The position numbers were made by a program, and so were the translations under genes. A stretch of DNA of 49,753 nt from a virus (lineage: Duplodnaviria > Caudoviricetes): the IMG/VR virus record IMGVR_UViG_3300020042_004316, positions 1 through 49,753 of that record; one strand, written 5' to 3'. Below, piece after piece: positions 30,401 to 38,200 of the stretch (the first letter of the stretch is position 1; every line of letters begins with the position of its first letter). A model generated the notes under the pieces. The model did no database searches and was not told the DNA's origin. It was given only the letters and a program-made list of their open reading frames with translations.

Positions 30401-32216
30401 CAAAGGCTCAGATGCTCCCATCGCTGACCTGATGGAGACTATCGTCCGTAACGTTCAGTCTGGCATCCAAGCCGGTATGAAGAACACAGCGGCTCAACGT
30501 GCTATTAAAGTGTTTGAGGACATTGGTGAGGCTGTGCCAACCCATCCAACAGATACTGGACCCTCTACCGTGTACGCTTTGGTGAATGGTGAGAAGAAAG
30601 CCTACATCGTTGCAGACCATGCGTTGTACAACTCCATGCAGAGTTTAAACTTGCCTGACTTGCCGTTCCTCGGTTTCTTTGCAGGTCCAGCTAACCTCTT
30701 GCGTAACCTAGTTACCAAAGACCCCGGATTCATGTTAGCCAACATGGTGCGTGACTCTATGTCTGCATGGGTAACTAGCGGTGTCAGCATGACGCCCGTG
30801 GCGTCCGCAGTCAAGAACTTCACTGGTGCGTTGCGTGGCACTGCTCCAGAATACCAAGCGCTTTTAAACGCTGGTATCTTGGGTGGCTATGAGTTCTCAC
30901 AGAATGTGGAAGCAAGCGGTAAGCAACTCAGTAAAGAGTTAGCCAAGTACGGTCCAAGCACAACCTTTGGCAAGATCACCAAGCCGTTTACATCCTTGTG
31001 GGGAGCGTTAGAGAAAGGCACTACAGCCTCTGACGCCGCTACCCGTATGGAGGTTTACAAGAATGTACTGGCTGAGACAGGCAACGAGGCAGAAGCCCTG
31101 TACCGTGCGCTTGAGGTGATGAACTTCAACCGTAAGGGTAACTCAGCCGTCGTGCGGATTTTGACTGCAGCCGTTCCATTCTTGAACGCACGCATGCAAG
31201 GTCTAGATGTTCTTTACCGTGCGTCCTTTGGTGAGATGGCTACGCAAGACGCAAAAGCAATTCAGAAGTCGTTCTTCATTAGAGGGGCAACTATCATGGC
31301 TATGTCCATGATGTATTGGGCGCTGACCCATGATGAAGAAGACTACATGAAACAGGAACAGGAAACCCGTGACAACTACTGGTTAATACCTAGTCTCGGC
31401 ATCAAGATTCCTATTCCGTTTGAGGTTGGCGTTATCTTCAAGGTAATCCCTGAGCGTATCGCTGAGTATGCCTTTGGCAACGACACAGGCAAGGACTTTG
31501 CCGATGCCATGAAGCGTAACTTCACAAACACCTTCGCGTTCAATCCTATCCCTCAGACCATCCTCCCGTTGGTTGAGGCTAAGGCTGACTACTCCTTCTT
31601 CACCGGACGAGCCATCCTCAGTAAGGGTCTAGAGGGCGTGGCTCCGGAGTTCCAAATGGGACCCAACACCTCGCGCATGGCTCAGTTCTTTGCTAGTTTG
31701 ACAAGCGGTATGACGGTGTTGCCTGAGTTCCTCCGCTCTCCTGTAATGATTGATCACATCATCGGTGGATACACAGGAACGTTTGGCATGTATGCCGTGG
31801 ACGCTATAGATGCGGTGGTTAGTGCTAACAGTGATGTACCCAAGGCATCTAAGCGCTTTGAACAGATGCCAGTGTTGCGTAGGTTCTTGCTTGACCCTGA
31901 GGCACGTGGCAACGTGACTGCGTACTACGACCTCAAGAACGCCACAGATGAGGTGGTCAGGACATCTAACTTCCTTGAACGCACCATGAACTTTGAGAAC
32001 TTTGCTGACTACAGTGAGGACACTATAAAGATGTTAGCAAGCGCTGACTTCGTTAAGGCTCTAGACAAGGACATGAAGGAGTTAAACGACGTAATTGGTG
32101 TCGTAAGAAACTCTGGCATGAGTTCTGATGAGAAGAGAGATGCCCTGTTGTCCCTCAATCAGGCACAGAACAACCTGACTGCCAACGTTAAGTTGATTAA
32201 GAAGTCACTGGACTGA
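21429..32216 (+). CDS. 3595-aa large polyvalent virion protein (metallopeptidase, ART-like, Gp88-like, ParB-like, LPD38-like domains)
   Basis: HESLH+EEAIAD zincin motif; three F..WF..S.....G.P..MYHGT modules; CPNSAICMDLC...RLNVTSD...FYDYTK; HEGRHR; C-terminal PFLNARMQG...RDNYW...KIPIPFEVG. Confidence 0.85.
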   Translation: MELNQVLGALRNADAAGDVEAAKRLAVIAKSLTGQIGPEAIMSTEDLQNAKSAPTSISDIARSFGSGVVGAGKSLVDVFGAGSGVSQYLGEVSQGLQQGLTPERQAEMARRAELSKRAEKEGTFAEIKSGLAGILEAPLQSIAQGVGSSLPTIAAGLVALPASAPAALAVGVQRASQILISAAQGTGEVKGDIHESIKQAYKEKNPNMPPEEVERLATEAQAYTLKNAPLLIGGAAFGALDAVTGFEKSASRALRGALTPEKTFTKEGLDAAVANLPKKAVEAPTYLGQAAKVGIGESIPEGLQGGYGQLAQNVAMTQAGFETPTFQGVAGAAARDALVGALTGTAMSPLGYSVANADFQADKFLRGVQSQQQFDKEREEFTKTQEQTKENLGVNKTLMLGYEPPAEEEKFTNPLATIKRSELPPEKSGDIILKELKFVDSYRKQNGLPPIKSYSIEDIKDAMPGVDPEGEQGRIDAILASKYGYKPVDDNTGKPVNYTVDDVISAAEDEKNVATGTKGFNDFLTRTTGSSDLNTMTQPQLFAAYSAIKQMPESKEKVILPEGTGASRFTDKQYKKAVSWFGQTFEGVDNKPLSRDTIIGDIQEATGLGQKQDAEALLDTAVRNGDLAETEERVFRTYDDNDKLVATYRDKEKAAAAAKKQGLNVREETLRQMMPPPAAEPAKRTTLPQGYAMSKETIKEGEVPVGFDIFPEGKGKSLFTVPTSEAVQEKIDQLIPARKKEAARYLGYMDRDKATLQKARDGLVSMEARGEVGSQAYELAKTKLAKQERVLGNRILKSMERITDYEQPLISRPSEKKKQITREKITVTKQGKFLGSFPDNVKAQEAILVQMSDQELADTASDGRLGAIADRAAKEIERRKSPAGIMVRRTPKAKEELPPLSPELTAVADEISKKLVPILQRMGLGDVGLKIVQSIKNGGEGSYTKNLIQLAIDAEKPLEVMHHESLHALKDLGFFTPQQWSTLENQAQKSWITKYLKNVQVEVEIEGKKQTMSRYDAYVALKYTPDDIVEEAIADAFADFATSKPPGGMIASIMKRLNDLFKAIKNAFNRSGFESAEDIFAKAQRGELKQSQANAWAATPQDVEKADKYAEKNGILPYVSAGNLELPLQTPKFSLKKVDKYGIDPAFNIPLNKDGTITVYYHTTKEGAQKANNEKSIQTNGKRIYLTNESSGALVLENKGNFDQEVDGAVVIMRLPPSMLQLDKAYADGRKDFYVPVKQGAFFDEKMRMSAIQVSKNTPILKKGEVFSYSEYSNRITDAITEYDKLSPKEQKLRMDEIRDFMKEQHNIGTLLTENGKLEKTREVGLKNQETDVASMGLGLAAAQKISDKLSTCPNSAICMDLCLGDTAGGNQQYGGVAAKDVNGIEKSAFRAGPRMAQYLKTEGLVIHPEELALMLHDEITKFEKWAKKNEYEPSIRLNVTSDIKPEFWSGLMAAHPDVVFYDYTKLNGDAVAPNHHLTYSSTGFGQIIDGEYVAHKTNNWPAMRGRLDRGFNVAMAFTSKSALPDQVIDNETGKVYKVWDGDNYDARYLDPKQENGVGMVVGLRNKAGTMKEATSTIDTDGFFVDYDPKRDGNFVLVANQGQFKNRVIPIAQEKLSLRSARGMFEDGLIQEVPNYKGREKIIELPIKDFLKLAQEGEVRSKQSDIEDLFKAGTKLNSLPLLMAYNNQKGDLKVQGHEGRHRARALLAEGYDTMPVRFLTSIRWSEQEDPSKFDYEKNWPSKVLSEDSDDISIPMPVSREQSMEPYSSEKLSLRSTKAAPTTPAFKRWFGDSKIVNPDGTPKVMYHGTGKDITSFERKTSRGSPIFLTDDPAVAASFSRDSQDYVLEQFVKNAPLELRTQKAAELLDKLKKDEFKGSEFKDRVKKLEQSLSEGKLNDIILLDEERYQRLFAGELATYGNVMPVYVKAENPFDYDNESHQEEIKQFYPKDEPSYELDDLSLKIRTGAWSTIESAAVQNAIKEAGFDSFYVKEDGKKNLAVYDSSQVKSAIGNQGTYDINEPDIRLSLKKVDQLFDKADDIPESEGVEIIRSNWVGGVSGLGERGSAYDLYRVNGGRKYMSAVQDLVRKELGDNFKGYRLMHTDELEEIQAGAMGSQLASFTLRPDIAQSFANLATYRKVPKDKLKVVEMDLTPEHVWMIGHPAEKELVIDYGQGYNPEAVVEYKEKLSLRALMPDLRSQRQPPESKEFKQWFTGSYFTSGGEPLIMYHGTARDITIFKGKQASAIFITTNPVVAENYTGMGEDYMRAEAYKALTRDEKAELISVVAEQAERDGKINANELIEIQKNLKKRVPDLKNLPFQIDGEIIESLNNLLPTRGNIMPVYVSAKNVFDYANPSDVNLVMDKLTNYSKTLGKKENPEQYLAAVKGMISRGNWPRIESPEVQEAIKRAGFDGFSVLEAGTKNYAIYNPTAIKSVTGNIGTFGLGEVSTEQAAQFGMTAEQARQAQAEGDIRLSLRKAPDTPEFKRFFAGSKVVNEDGEPLVMYHGTGKDFSEFKYNPTKAIGIWTARNPEIASQYADISSRGGDSPSVYPVYLSIKNPASRKDYLRTRKIAEETSVKEGRWRDHDARHRQLLINEGFDGIYLQNITKDPEEDVYIAFEPTQIKSAIGNQGTYDPTNPDIRLSLKRVPIGVPDNVWHLHNRYQEAQGNVAEGEMVSQRKTSATKAFKQLSNAAEKFAGNESDALKLMQEMNTISGIRQAMAEDDKSALDAYKVMSPALWRQETREKLSLRAVTPAAINDAIDRTTSVREQKGFIERMMEAISPQSWSDFRAKALNRYNAMSVADKRRAKKMGGAVLLADQSAESAALMSDLSAGVTASVLGVHDRNGGAPVFRNGITTIDGSIKGPVAIFSPLARYGDPRVYQMWQFYAGAKRARRYFKDGKEQNYTPTDMAYADQLGKQYPEFKQIFEEWNKFNNALVQYQVDTGVLSKERADEYRKFSDYLPFYRQLEDEATLGPKVFQSISGVRGPKKLKGSDAPIADLMETIVRNVQSGIQAGMKNTAAQRAIKVFEDIGEAVPTHPTDTGPSTVYALVNGEKKAYIVADHALYNSMQSLNLPDLPFLGFFAGPANLLRNLVTKDPGFMLANMVRDSMSAWVTSGVSMTPVASAVKNFTGALRGTAPEYQALLNAGILGGYEFSQNVEASGKQLSKELAKYGPSTTFGKITKPFTSLWGALEKGTTASDAATRMEVYKNVLAETGNEAEALYRALEVMNFNRKGNSAVVRILTAAVPFLNARMQGLDVLYRASFGEMATQDAKAIQKSFFIRGATIMAMSMMYWALTHDEEDYMKQEQETRDNYWLIPSLGIKIPIPFEVGVIFKVIPERIAEYAFGNDTGKDFADAMKRNFTNTFAFNPIPQTILPLVEAKADYSFFTGRAILSKGLEGVAPEFQMGPNTSRMAQFFASLTSGMTVLPEFLRSPVMIDHIIGGYTGTFGMYAVDAIDAVVSANSDVPKASKRFEQMPVLRRFLLDPEARGNVTAYYDLKNATDEVVRTSNFLERTMNFENFADYSEDTIKMLASADFVKALDKDMKELNDVIGVVRNSGMSSDEKRDALLSLNQAQNNLTANVKLIKKSLD

Positions 32217-32492
32217 TAGGCGGTCTGTTTCAAACAGCCAGCCTATTGTCCTTCGGTGCGCTTCGTCCCATGCGTTTAAACGCTCTTGTTTAGACATCTT
32301 GTTGCCTTGGTCAATCTCGGCGTGGCAGGTATAACAAAGGGCGGCTATGCGGTAGTCAGGGGCTTTGATGCCTCGTCCCTTACCGTCTTTAAGTTGATTA
32401 GAGTGGGCGGCTACTATAGTGCCATCTTGTTTACTGCATATCTGACAGGGTGACTCTCTGACTATCTCTAAGAGTTTCTTATTCCTGTACAT
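32205..32492 (-). CDS. DUF1364/YbcO-like zinc-binding putative nuclease
   Basis: MYRNKKLL...CQIC...VAAHSNQ..DGKGRGIKA.D...CYTCH; start chosen at 32492. Confidence 0.7.
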   Translation of the reverse strand: MYRNKKLLEIVRESPCQICSKQDGTIVAAHSNQLKDGKGRGIKAPDYRIAALCYTCHAEIDQGNKMSKQERLNAWDEAHRRTIGWLFETDRLSVQ

Positions 32493-32664
32493 CTTGGAGA
32501 GTTTTAATAGCGGTCTTGAGTGCTGAGTTCCATCCTGTTCGCCATACTTCGTATGACCATCCCCCGTCGTTCTCAAAAGACCGCTGCCCAGCAAACTCAC
32601 AGAAAGCCTGTTTACACGCAGATTCCAACAGCGGCAGCGTTACGTCGTCATGGGGGTCTGTCAT
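32479..32664 (-). CDS. Small hypothetical protein
   Basis: GGAG RBS; ATGA coupling with the upstream gene. Confidence 0.55.
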   Translation of the reverse strand: MTDPHDDVTLPLLESACKQAFCEFAGQRSFENDGGWSYEVWRTGWNSALKTAIKTLQDVQE

Positions 32665-32900
32665 TCCATCTCCTTTAGTTTTTTCATGGCTTTCCAGAAG
32701 TCGCCAGTAGGCGGGTCTTCGCCATCATCTATGCGTTTACACACATCTGCGGCCTGCTCTACGGCATCTGTTAAAAAAACATAGGCACGTGACCCATGTT
32801 CAAACCCCATCTCATACGCATTAATCATGGCGGTAACGGTATTCTCATCACACCCAACACTGCGTAAGAGAGTGATCATTTCATCTTTTTTCATCGTCAC
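32661..32900 (-). CDS. Small hypothetical protein
   Basis: Packed in the leftward operon. Confidence 0.55.
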   Translation of the reverse strand: MTMKKDEMITLLRSVGCDENTVTAMINAYEMGFEHGSRAYVFLTDAVEQAADVCKRIDDGEDPPTGDFWKAMKKLKEME

Positions 32901-32983
32901 TTCCCAGCATAAAAATGGATACAGCGACTATTACCACTACTACCCCGCCAAGGCACATCAACAAGACTGCCCATGCAATTGTT

Positions 32984-34144
32984 TCAAGCATATTTTTTCT
33001 CCTTGTTACTTTTTTCCTCTGCATCAGCCAGCAACTTACCGACCTTGCTTAGATAAACAATGTTCTCAATCTTCTCTTCGTCATCAGATGCAAACGTGAA
33101 TGTGGCTGATGTTTGTGATTCAAGTTTTGGTGAAACCACCTTACACTGATACCCAGTCCACTCAAACTCTTGCAGTCCACGAATGTGCTCTTTGATGGTG
33201 GTTGTTTTGTCCGCATATTGTCTCTCATGCTCTTTGACATAGTGAACAATCTTTTTAGCCTGACCAGTTGGAGTCCTGATTGTTTTTTCCCTGTCTTTGA
33301 AATAGTAGGGTGTCTTATCGTTATCCACACCAAACGTAACTCGCTCTCCGTTCTTCTTAACAATAACATTCCAACGACTGTCTCTGTCAGCCCACCATTT
33401 ATGCATCGTTACAAATAGATTTGCCATGTATAGTCTGCTCTCTTGGAGGCTCCTACGGTCATCTTCCAAAAACTGTGCGTGTACCCACTGTTTTGTAAAA
33501 TATGTATGGGAGCGACCGCTTGACTTACGTGCCGTTGATTTCTTTACTGGGACAGTATGCTGATTGACGCGCAACTCATCACAGAACTTAATTTCCCCAG
33601 TCTTTCTATTAACTGTGATGTACATATGCAACCAAAATAACTTACCCTCTAGATCAAATGCCATGCCAAACTGGTAGGGTGCGCCTGCCTGATATGCAAC
33701 GTGCCACGGTAACTTCTTGTGTTTGATGGCAAATATTACTTTTGGATAAAACTTATCTTCAGTATTTACTGAGTGCTGTGATGCGCTAGAAACGCACATA
33801 ATCGCTGGTAATGGCTTGCTTATATCAACAACCGCTCCTTCTTTGTACCATTCAACAAACCAAGAATTTGGCACATGGGCACCCAGCTTCTTTAAACCTA
33901 CAACAGAATCTTTGTGTAACCAAGATTCATTTAATGTTGGCAGCTTCACCGCCTCAAATGTATGTTCAAGCTGGTCTAGCAGTTCCGAGAAATTTTGTGA
34001 CTTCTCTTTGTTGTACTTGCGTGGCTTCCTAGGTTCAGCTACAACCTCTTGCGTCATCACGGGTTGCGTGCTTCGTAAATTAGCAAACAGTTTGTTTACA
34101 AAGATTACAACCTTAACAAAAAATGATTGTGCTATCGCAATCAT
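32984..34144 (-). CDS. Hypothetical protein (386 aa)
   Basis: Long ORF with ATGA coupling and GGAGA RBS; basic HYVKEHER...KEHIRG C-terminal motif; no family recognised. Confidence 0.7.
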   Translation of the reverse strand: MIAIAQSFFVKVVIFVNKLFANLRSTQPVMTQEVVAEPRKPRKYNKEKSQNFSELLDQLEHTFEAVKLPTLNESWLHKDSVVGLKKLGAHVPNSWFVEWYKEGAVVDISKPLPAIMCVSSASQHSVNTEDKFYPKVIFAIKHKKLPWHVAYQAGAPYQFGMAFDLEGKLFWLHMYITVNRKTGEIKFCDELRVNQHTVPVKKSTARKSSGRSHTYFTKQWVHAQFLEDDRRSLQESRLYMANLFVTMHKWWADRDSRWNVIVKKNGERVTFGVDNDKTPYYFKDREKTIRTPTGQAKKIVHYVKEHERQYADKTTTIKEHIRGLQEFEWTGYQCKVVSPKLESQTSATFTFASDDEEKIENIVYLSKVGKLLADAEEKSNKEKKYA

Positions 34145-34353
34145 TTGTCTTCTCCCAGTTCTAAAAGTTTCTCTTCCAGTCTACGAATGCGTTGGCGGTT
34201 GTAGTCAACAACGCTCATTGCGTACTCAAGCGACTTCTCCGCTTGCATCTTGCATATAGTTGCATCACGCATCTCTATGTCAATGATTTCTTTTAGCGTC
34301 CTTGGTCGCAACATATCTTTGATAAATGCCACTATGGTTTCTCGTTTAGTCAT
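34141..34353 (-). CDS. Small coiled-coil hypothetical protein
   Basis: MTKRETI...; AAGGAG RBS; coupled. Confidence 0.6.
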   Translation of the reverse strand: MTKRETIVAFIKDMLRPRTLKEIIDIEMRDATICKMQAEKSLEYAMSVVDYNRQRIRRLEEKLLELGEDK

Positions 34354-34508
34354 GCGTTCTTCTCCTTTAGTTTGGCTTCTATGGCATTGCACAATTGTCT
34401 AAACCCGCCACCAAGCACCCATGCTGTATGTAACTGTTCTATCTCTTCATCCGTCAGCCCAACCCAAGGTTTCTTGTAGTCTTGGATGTCATCGTCATCT
34501 TCAATCAT
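34350..34508 (-). CDS. Small protein with WVGLTDEEI...AIEAKLKEKN motif (52 aa, not in ORF track)
   Basis: Translates MIEDDDIQDYKKPWVGLTDEEI...AIEAKLKEKNA*; ATGA overlaps on both sides. Confidence 0.6.
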   Translation of the reverse strand: MIEDDDDIQDYKKPWVGLTDEEIEQLHTAWVLGGGFRQLCNAIEAKLKEKNA

Positions 34509-34753
34509 GCTTGTCCCCTTGCTCTGATTACTTTGGCAACGTATTCCAATTCTGGAAACGGTGTAATGTCTAGGCGTCTGTTTGGCGTCCTAGAAAAAGC
34601 CATCCAAGAATCTTCAACTAACTTTGCACACGCCTCACGCTCTTCCAACACAGGGTCTCTCTCAGGCAACGGATGCCCCGCTAGTCTGTATGCTTCATCA
34701 CGCCATATCTGTGCGCGTTGTTTGTGGTACTCGCAGTTAGGGCAGTCAGCCAT
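34505..34753 (-). CDS. Small protein with CPNC and EREACA...IRARG motifs
   Basis: MADCPNCEYHK start after GGAG; coupled. Confidence 0.6.
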   Translation of the reverse strand: MADCPNCEYHKQRAQIWRDEAYRLAGHPLPERDPVLEEREACAKLVEDSWMAFSRTPNRRLDITPFPELEYVAKVIRARGQA

Positions 34754-34925
34754 TGTTCTTCTCCAACTCAGCAACTCTGCCAGACAAGACACGCACTAAC
34801 TCAGTTAGCACAGCGACCTCTGCCATTAGTTGCTCTCTTGATGGTTGCTTCATGTCTCGGATGTATTCTTGTTTGATGCGAGACTCCATCTCAATCCTGT
34901 TGAACTCTTCGTCTTCTGCGGTCAT
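34746..34925 (-). CDS. Small coiled-coil protein (59 aa, not in ORF track)
   Basis: MTAEDEEFNRIEMESR...; AAGGAG RBS; fills the gap between neighbours. Confidence 0.55.
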   Translation of the reverse strand: MTAEDEEFNRIEMESRIKQEYIRDMKQPSREQLMAEVAVLTELVRVLSGRVAELEKNNG

Positions 34926-35104
34926 GCTCTTCTCCTTGTTATCGGAAATGACTTGATATCCTTGATCCCCTTAACCGATTCCCGCGTATGCCTAGCCTTC
35001 TTGCCATTGATCTTGCCTTGCTCTATCTGATATGACAAAAATCTAAAATCAGATAAGAATTGCGGGTGGAAAGTCCTGATGTAATCCGGATGAAATGCGT
35101 TCAT
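34922..35104 (-). CDS. Small hypothetical protein
   Basis: MNAFHPDYIR start after AAGGAG; ATGA coupling. Confidence 0.55.
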   Translation of the reverse strand: MNAFHPDYIRTFHPQFLSDFRFLSYQIEQGKINGKKARHTRESVKGIKDIKSFPITRRRA

Positions 35105-35328
35105 GCTAACTCCTTGTTTTTTCTTGCAGCCGATTGCTCTTTGGTTTCTGAAATCCAAAAACCAGCTTTGTTTAAACTCATACCCTTGAGCAGCATCTCT
35201 TCCGGGGTACGACATCTCCTGTTTAAACTGCCGGGTTTTCCAAATCTATGCATGTCAAACACGTAGTTACTGTTGAAGTACTCCGCACATGTTGGACATT
35301 GGTTTCTAGACCCGCTCAGTATCTTCAT
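35101..35328 (-). CDS. FDxHR-type zinc-binding phage protein
   Basis: CPTC...F.S...FDMHR...RRC motif. Confidence 0.7.
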   Translation of the reverse strand: MKILSGSRNQCPTCAEYFNSNYVFDMHRFGKPGSLNRRCRTPEEMLLKGMSLNKAGFWISETKEQSAARKNKELA

Positions 35329-35624
35329 GCGATCTCCAGTATCTTGGCTTTCATAAGGTCAACTTCCATCAACTCAGCAAAAGAACTCCCTGACGGGAAT
35401 CTCATCTGGGATGCTTTGTTCGCCTTGATTAACTTAATACTCTCATCCACCCCCGCATTGAACCCAGCGTTGTATGGATCACCCTCAGACATACGTGCGC
35501 TCAATCCCTCACGTATAACCTGAGACATGGTTATCTTCTTCTTCTTTGCAAACTTCTTCAACCTATCTATGTCCTTCTCCTCAAGATAGGTCATAAACGG
35601 CTTTACCTTAAAAGGGGTCATCAT
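35325..35624 (-). CDS. Ribbon-helix-helix (CopG-like) DNA-binding protein
   Basis: FMTYL....DRLKKFAKKKKITMSQVIREGL. Confidence 0.65.
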   Translation of the reverse strand: MMTPFKVKPFMTYLEEKDIDRLKKFAKKKKITMSQVIREGLSARMSEGDPYNAGFNAGVDESIKLIKANKASQMRFPSGSSFAELMEVDLMKAKILEIA

Positions 35625-36000
35625 CGGTGCTCCAGTTCTTATATTCTTTTACTAGATCATCAAAGGCTATCTGTGCTTGTGTGTTTCCATGCAACTCCGT
35701 TCGGGACGTTATGCCCAAGCGTTTACATAGGACTGACGCAACTTCTTCCTCTGAATTGGTCTCAAGGAAATCTTGAAACCTAGGTAGCCGGCACAGCATG
35801 CCCGCTTGGGACACTCTGTTGGTGTAGGGCGTAGGTGATTCATCGTCTTGTATGCGGACGAGGGCACAACCGTAACGCGCACCGACAAAATCTCTAAGTA
35901 ACTCCTCAGGGATTTCATCGGGGTGAAGGGATAGAGTGAGGATATACCCCGTCCTATCCTGTTTCAGTGCTACCTTTCTAGCCTCAAATTGAAGTGGCAT
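35608..36000 (-). CDS. Hypothetical protein
   Basis: MPLQFEARKV...AGMLC...FQ.FL...GITSR.EL; start chosen at 36000. Confidence 0.6.
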   Translation of the reverse strand: MPLQFEARKVALKQDRTGYILTLSLHPDEIPEELLRDFVGARYGCALVRIQDDESPTPYTNRVSQAGMLCRLPRFQDFLETNSEEEVASVLCKRLGITSRTELHGNTQAQIAFDDLVKEYKNWSTDDDPF

Positions 36001-36352
36001 TAGATTTCTCAAACGTTTCGTAAAGAGTCTCTTTAAGCGCCTCACGCACCTTGTCCTCTAAGTACTTAATTACGCCATCCATGCGGATGATTACACTTCT
36101 TAGTTCTTCGTTTTCTTCACGCAGTTCATTAACCTGCTTTACCAAAATTGGTGCAAAGTCTTGTTTAAACACAAACTCTGGCGTCGCTGCTGGTTTAGAT
36201 TTCTTAGGCTTCTTCACCCCATCATTGCGTCTAATAAAAGATGAGTAGGTGGGATGCACGCCACAGGCTTTAGCCACCTCTGCGTTCTTAGCGGTGGGAT
36301 TGTTCTTCACATACTCAAGAATTGCTTCTTTTTTGTTTGGTTTCTTACTCAT
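35984..36352 (-). CDS. HTH + coiled-coil protein (putative regulator)
   Basis: ILEYVKNNPTAKNAEVAKACGVHPTY HTH; AAGGAG RBS. Confidence 0.65.
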   Translation of the reverse strand: MSKKPNKKEAILEYVKNNPTAKNAEVAKACGVHPTYSSFIRRNDGVKKPKKSKPAATPEFVFKQDFAPILVKQVNELREENEELRSVIIRMDGVIKYLEDKVREALKETLYETFEKSNATSI

Positions 36353-36361
36353 ATCTGCTCC

Positions 36362-36652
36362 TTAAAATGGAATATCGTCATCGGAAAGTTCAGCCTTTGG
36401 TGCTGTCGGTGCGGAGGCTGGCTCCTCAAACTCCTTGCGCTTGACACCTAGTGAGAGGTAGGTCTTACCGCTCTTAGCCACCCTTTTCCAACCGCTTAAC
36501 TTAACAATGTGCAGTCCATTCTCAACACGGATGTTGGTCATGTCGCTCATGTTGAGTGCAATCTCTCCAAAATAATCAGGAGACTTCTCGTTGTACTTGC
36601 TTTGGGTTGCGTTGAGGCTTCCGCCGTCTGGGTAGGGTTTAAACTGATCCAT
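36362..36652 (-). CDS. Single-stranded DNA-binding protein-like
   Basis: SPDY.G, LSGW.R....GK.YLSL and acidic DDIPF C-terminus; follows the annealase. Confidence 0.7.
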   Translation of the reverse strand: MDQFKPYPDGGSLNATQSKYNEKSPDYFGEIALNMSDMTNIRVENGLHIVKLSGWKRVAKSGKTYLSLGVKRKEFEEPASAPTAPKAELSDDDIPF

Positions 36653-37292
36653 CTTCTTTTCCTTTGTTTACAAAATTAGCCTTAGCCTCTGTGAACCGTG
36701 CAAGCACAGTTGTGTAGAGGGTCTTATCAAACGCCTTCAATCCCTCTAACTGGGTATGGTTGGCTTTCCAATATGATTTCAGTGCGCCTTCATCTTCACA
36801 GATACCAACGAACTGAATCATTGAGTCAGCAAACAGTTGCATGTTTGCCGTTTTCACCTCAACTTCTACGGTTGCTGTGGGTGTCGTTACCTCTATTACC
36901 TTGGTCTCTTTAGGCTCATCATCTGATGGCAAGTCTTGACCACCGTATATGTACAGACCAAGTCCGTGCATGGCTATGGCTTTAACCAAACAACGCATGA
37001 TGGATGTGTTTACATCAAAGGAGTTCGGTGTAGCCACTGGCTTATTCCTATAGTCCAACACAGGCAACATACAGGTGACAGGCTTATCAAACATGGTGAC
37101 GGTTACCCATACCATGAACGTCCCGCCTACTGGCATTAGGGGAGTGCCATCAAACATCTCCACCTTGAAGTTAACCTTTGGATCAGCCTTTAGTGCCTCT
37201 GCCCACGCCCACGCCCAAGACAAATACGTTAGTCCGTTCTTGGACTCCGTATGATCATTGACGTTTATCTTTAGTAGATCAAGCGGGGACAT
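36639..37292 (-). CDS. Sak3/DUF1071-like single-strand annealing protein
   Basis: GLTYLSWAWAW, LPVLDYRNK, NTSIMRCLVKAIAMHGLGLYIY; AAGGAG RBS before ATG 37292. Confidence 0.8.
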   Translation of the reverse strand: MSPLDLLKINVNDHTESKNGLTYLSWAWAWAEALKADPKVNFKVEMFDGTPLMPVGGTFMVWVTVTMFDKPVTCMLPVLDYRNKPVATPNSFDVNTSIMRCLVKAIAMHGLGLYIYGGQDLPSDDEPKETKVIEVTTPTATVEVEVKTANMQLFADSMIQFVGICEDEGALKSYWKANHTQLEGLKAFDKTLYTTVLARFTEAKANFVNKGKEDGSV

Positions 37293-38148
37293 TGATTTCT
37301 CCTTGATATTGATCACACCACTCTGCGACTCTGCAGTAGTTTCCGGTGCACCTGATGGGTTCACCGAGTCTTGTTTCAACATAGCCCTTCTCCTTCTCAG
37401 CCAGTTCATTGGCTTCTTCAATTGTTTTAAATAGTCGGATCGCAGACTTGCGTCCTTCGCGCTTTACAGCGTAGATGGTCTCTGATTGCCATCTTTCTAC
37501 ATCGGAGCATGGGGCAAGTTCATCCCCAAAATCTACCGACACCTTCGCATCTCTGTGCATGTTTAAACGCTCCCTTATGTAGGCTTCGGTGGTAACCGAG
37601 TCCCACATTGGAATGTCAATCATTGTTATTGAGGCGGGTGGGTAGCCCTCTCTCTTGTCATATCGGCTAAAGTCACGCACCATAGCGCATATCTTTAAGC
37701 CAACCACTTTCTTCCTCTTCACTGTCTCCACCAACCATTTGTATATGTTGAGTTGCTGTTGCCACTCCACCTTTGATTTCATAACAGCCCATGCCGATGT
37801 GAGTTTGTAGTCATGGATGATGATCCCCTCAGGCGTCTCCTCTTGTATGTCAATCTGCCCGCTGACGGTGACCCCATCCACATCTTTAAATAGACGCTCT
37901 TCCATCGCCCACCCCTCAGTCACACCACGCTCCATAACCACATGTAAGGCTGACCCCACTAGGCTCCACAACATATCAGACACATCCATTTTTATCTGAT
38001 CTTTGTACTGTTCTCGCAACCTATTGATCTTTGGAGGTGACATTATTTCCGTAGTGCTGTAGTCAGATTCCCCCTTGCTGTAGTACTCTTTACTCGCTAG
38101 AGTCACCAGTGGCTGAGGAACTCCGTATTTGTTTGTTATGATCATCAC
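37279..38148 (-). CDS. PD-(D/E)xK (Cas4/RecB-like) exonuclease
   Basis: GSALH...E, SGQID, DYK, QLNIY motifs; C-terminal C..YC....C cluster; adjacent to annealase and SSB. Confidence 0.8.
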   Translation of the reverse strand: MMIITNKYGVPQPLVTLASKEYYSKGESDYSTTEIMSPPKINRLREQYKDQIKMDVSDMLWSLVGSALHVVMERGVTEGWAMEERLFKDVDGVTVSGQIDIQEETPEGIIIHDYKLTSAWAVMKSKVEWQQQLNIYKWLVETVKRKKVVGLKICAMVRDFSRYDKREGYPPASITMIDIPMWDSVTTEAYIRERLNMHRDAKVSVDFGDELAPCSDVERWQSETIYAVKREGRKSAIRLFKTIEEANELAEKEKGYVETRLGEPIRCTGNYCRVAEWCDQYQGEINVPA

Positions 38149-38169
38149 TACTCCTTTAAATGAATGTGG

Positions 38170-38200
38170 ATTATATTATGGATGATATCACTATTGTCAA
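38170..38200 (-). promoter_or_regulatory. Putative leftward sigma70 promoter for the recombination operon
   Basis: TTGACA (38200-38195), then TATAAT (38175-38170) at 19-bp spacing or TAATAT at 16 bp; ~20 nt upstream of the exonuclease RBS/start. Confidence 0.55.
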
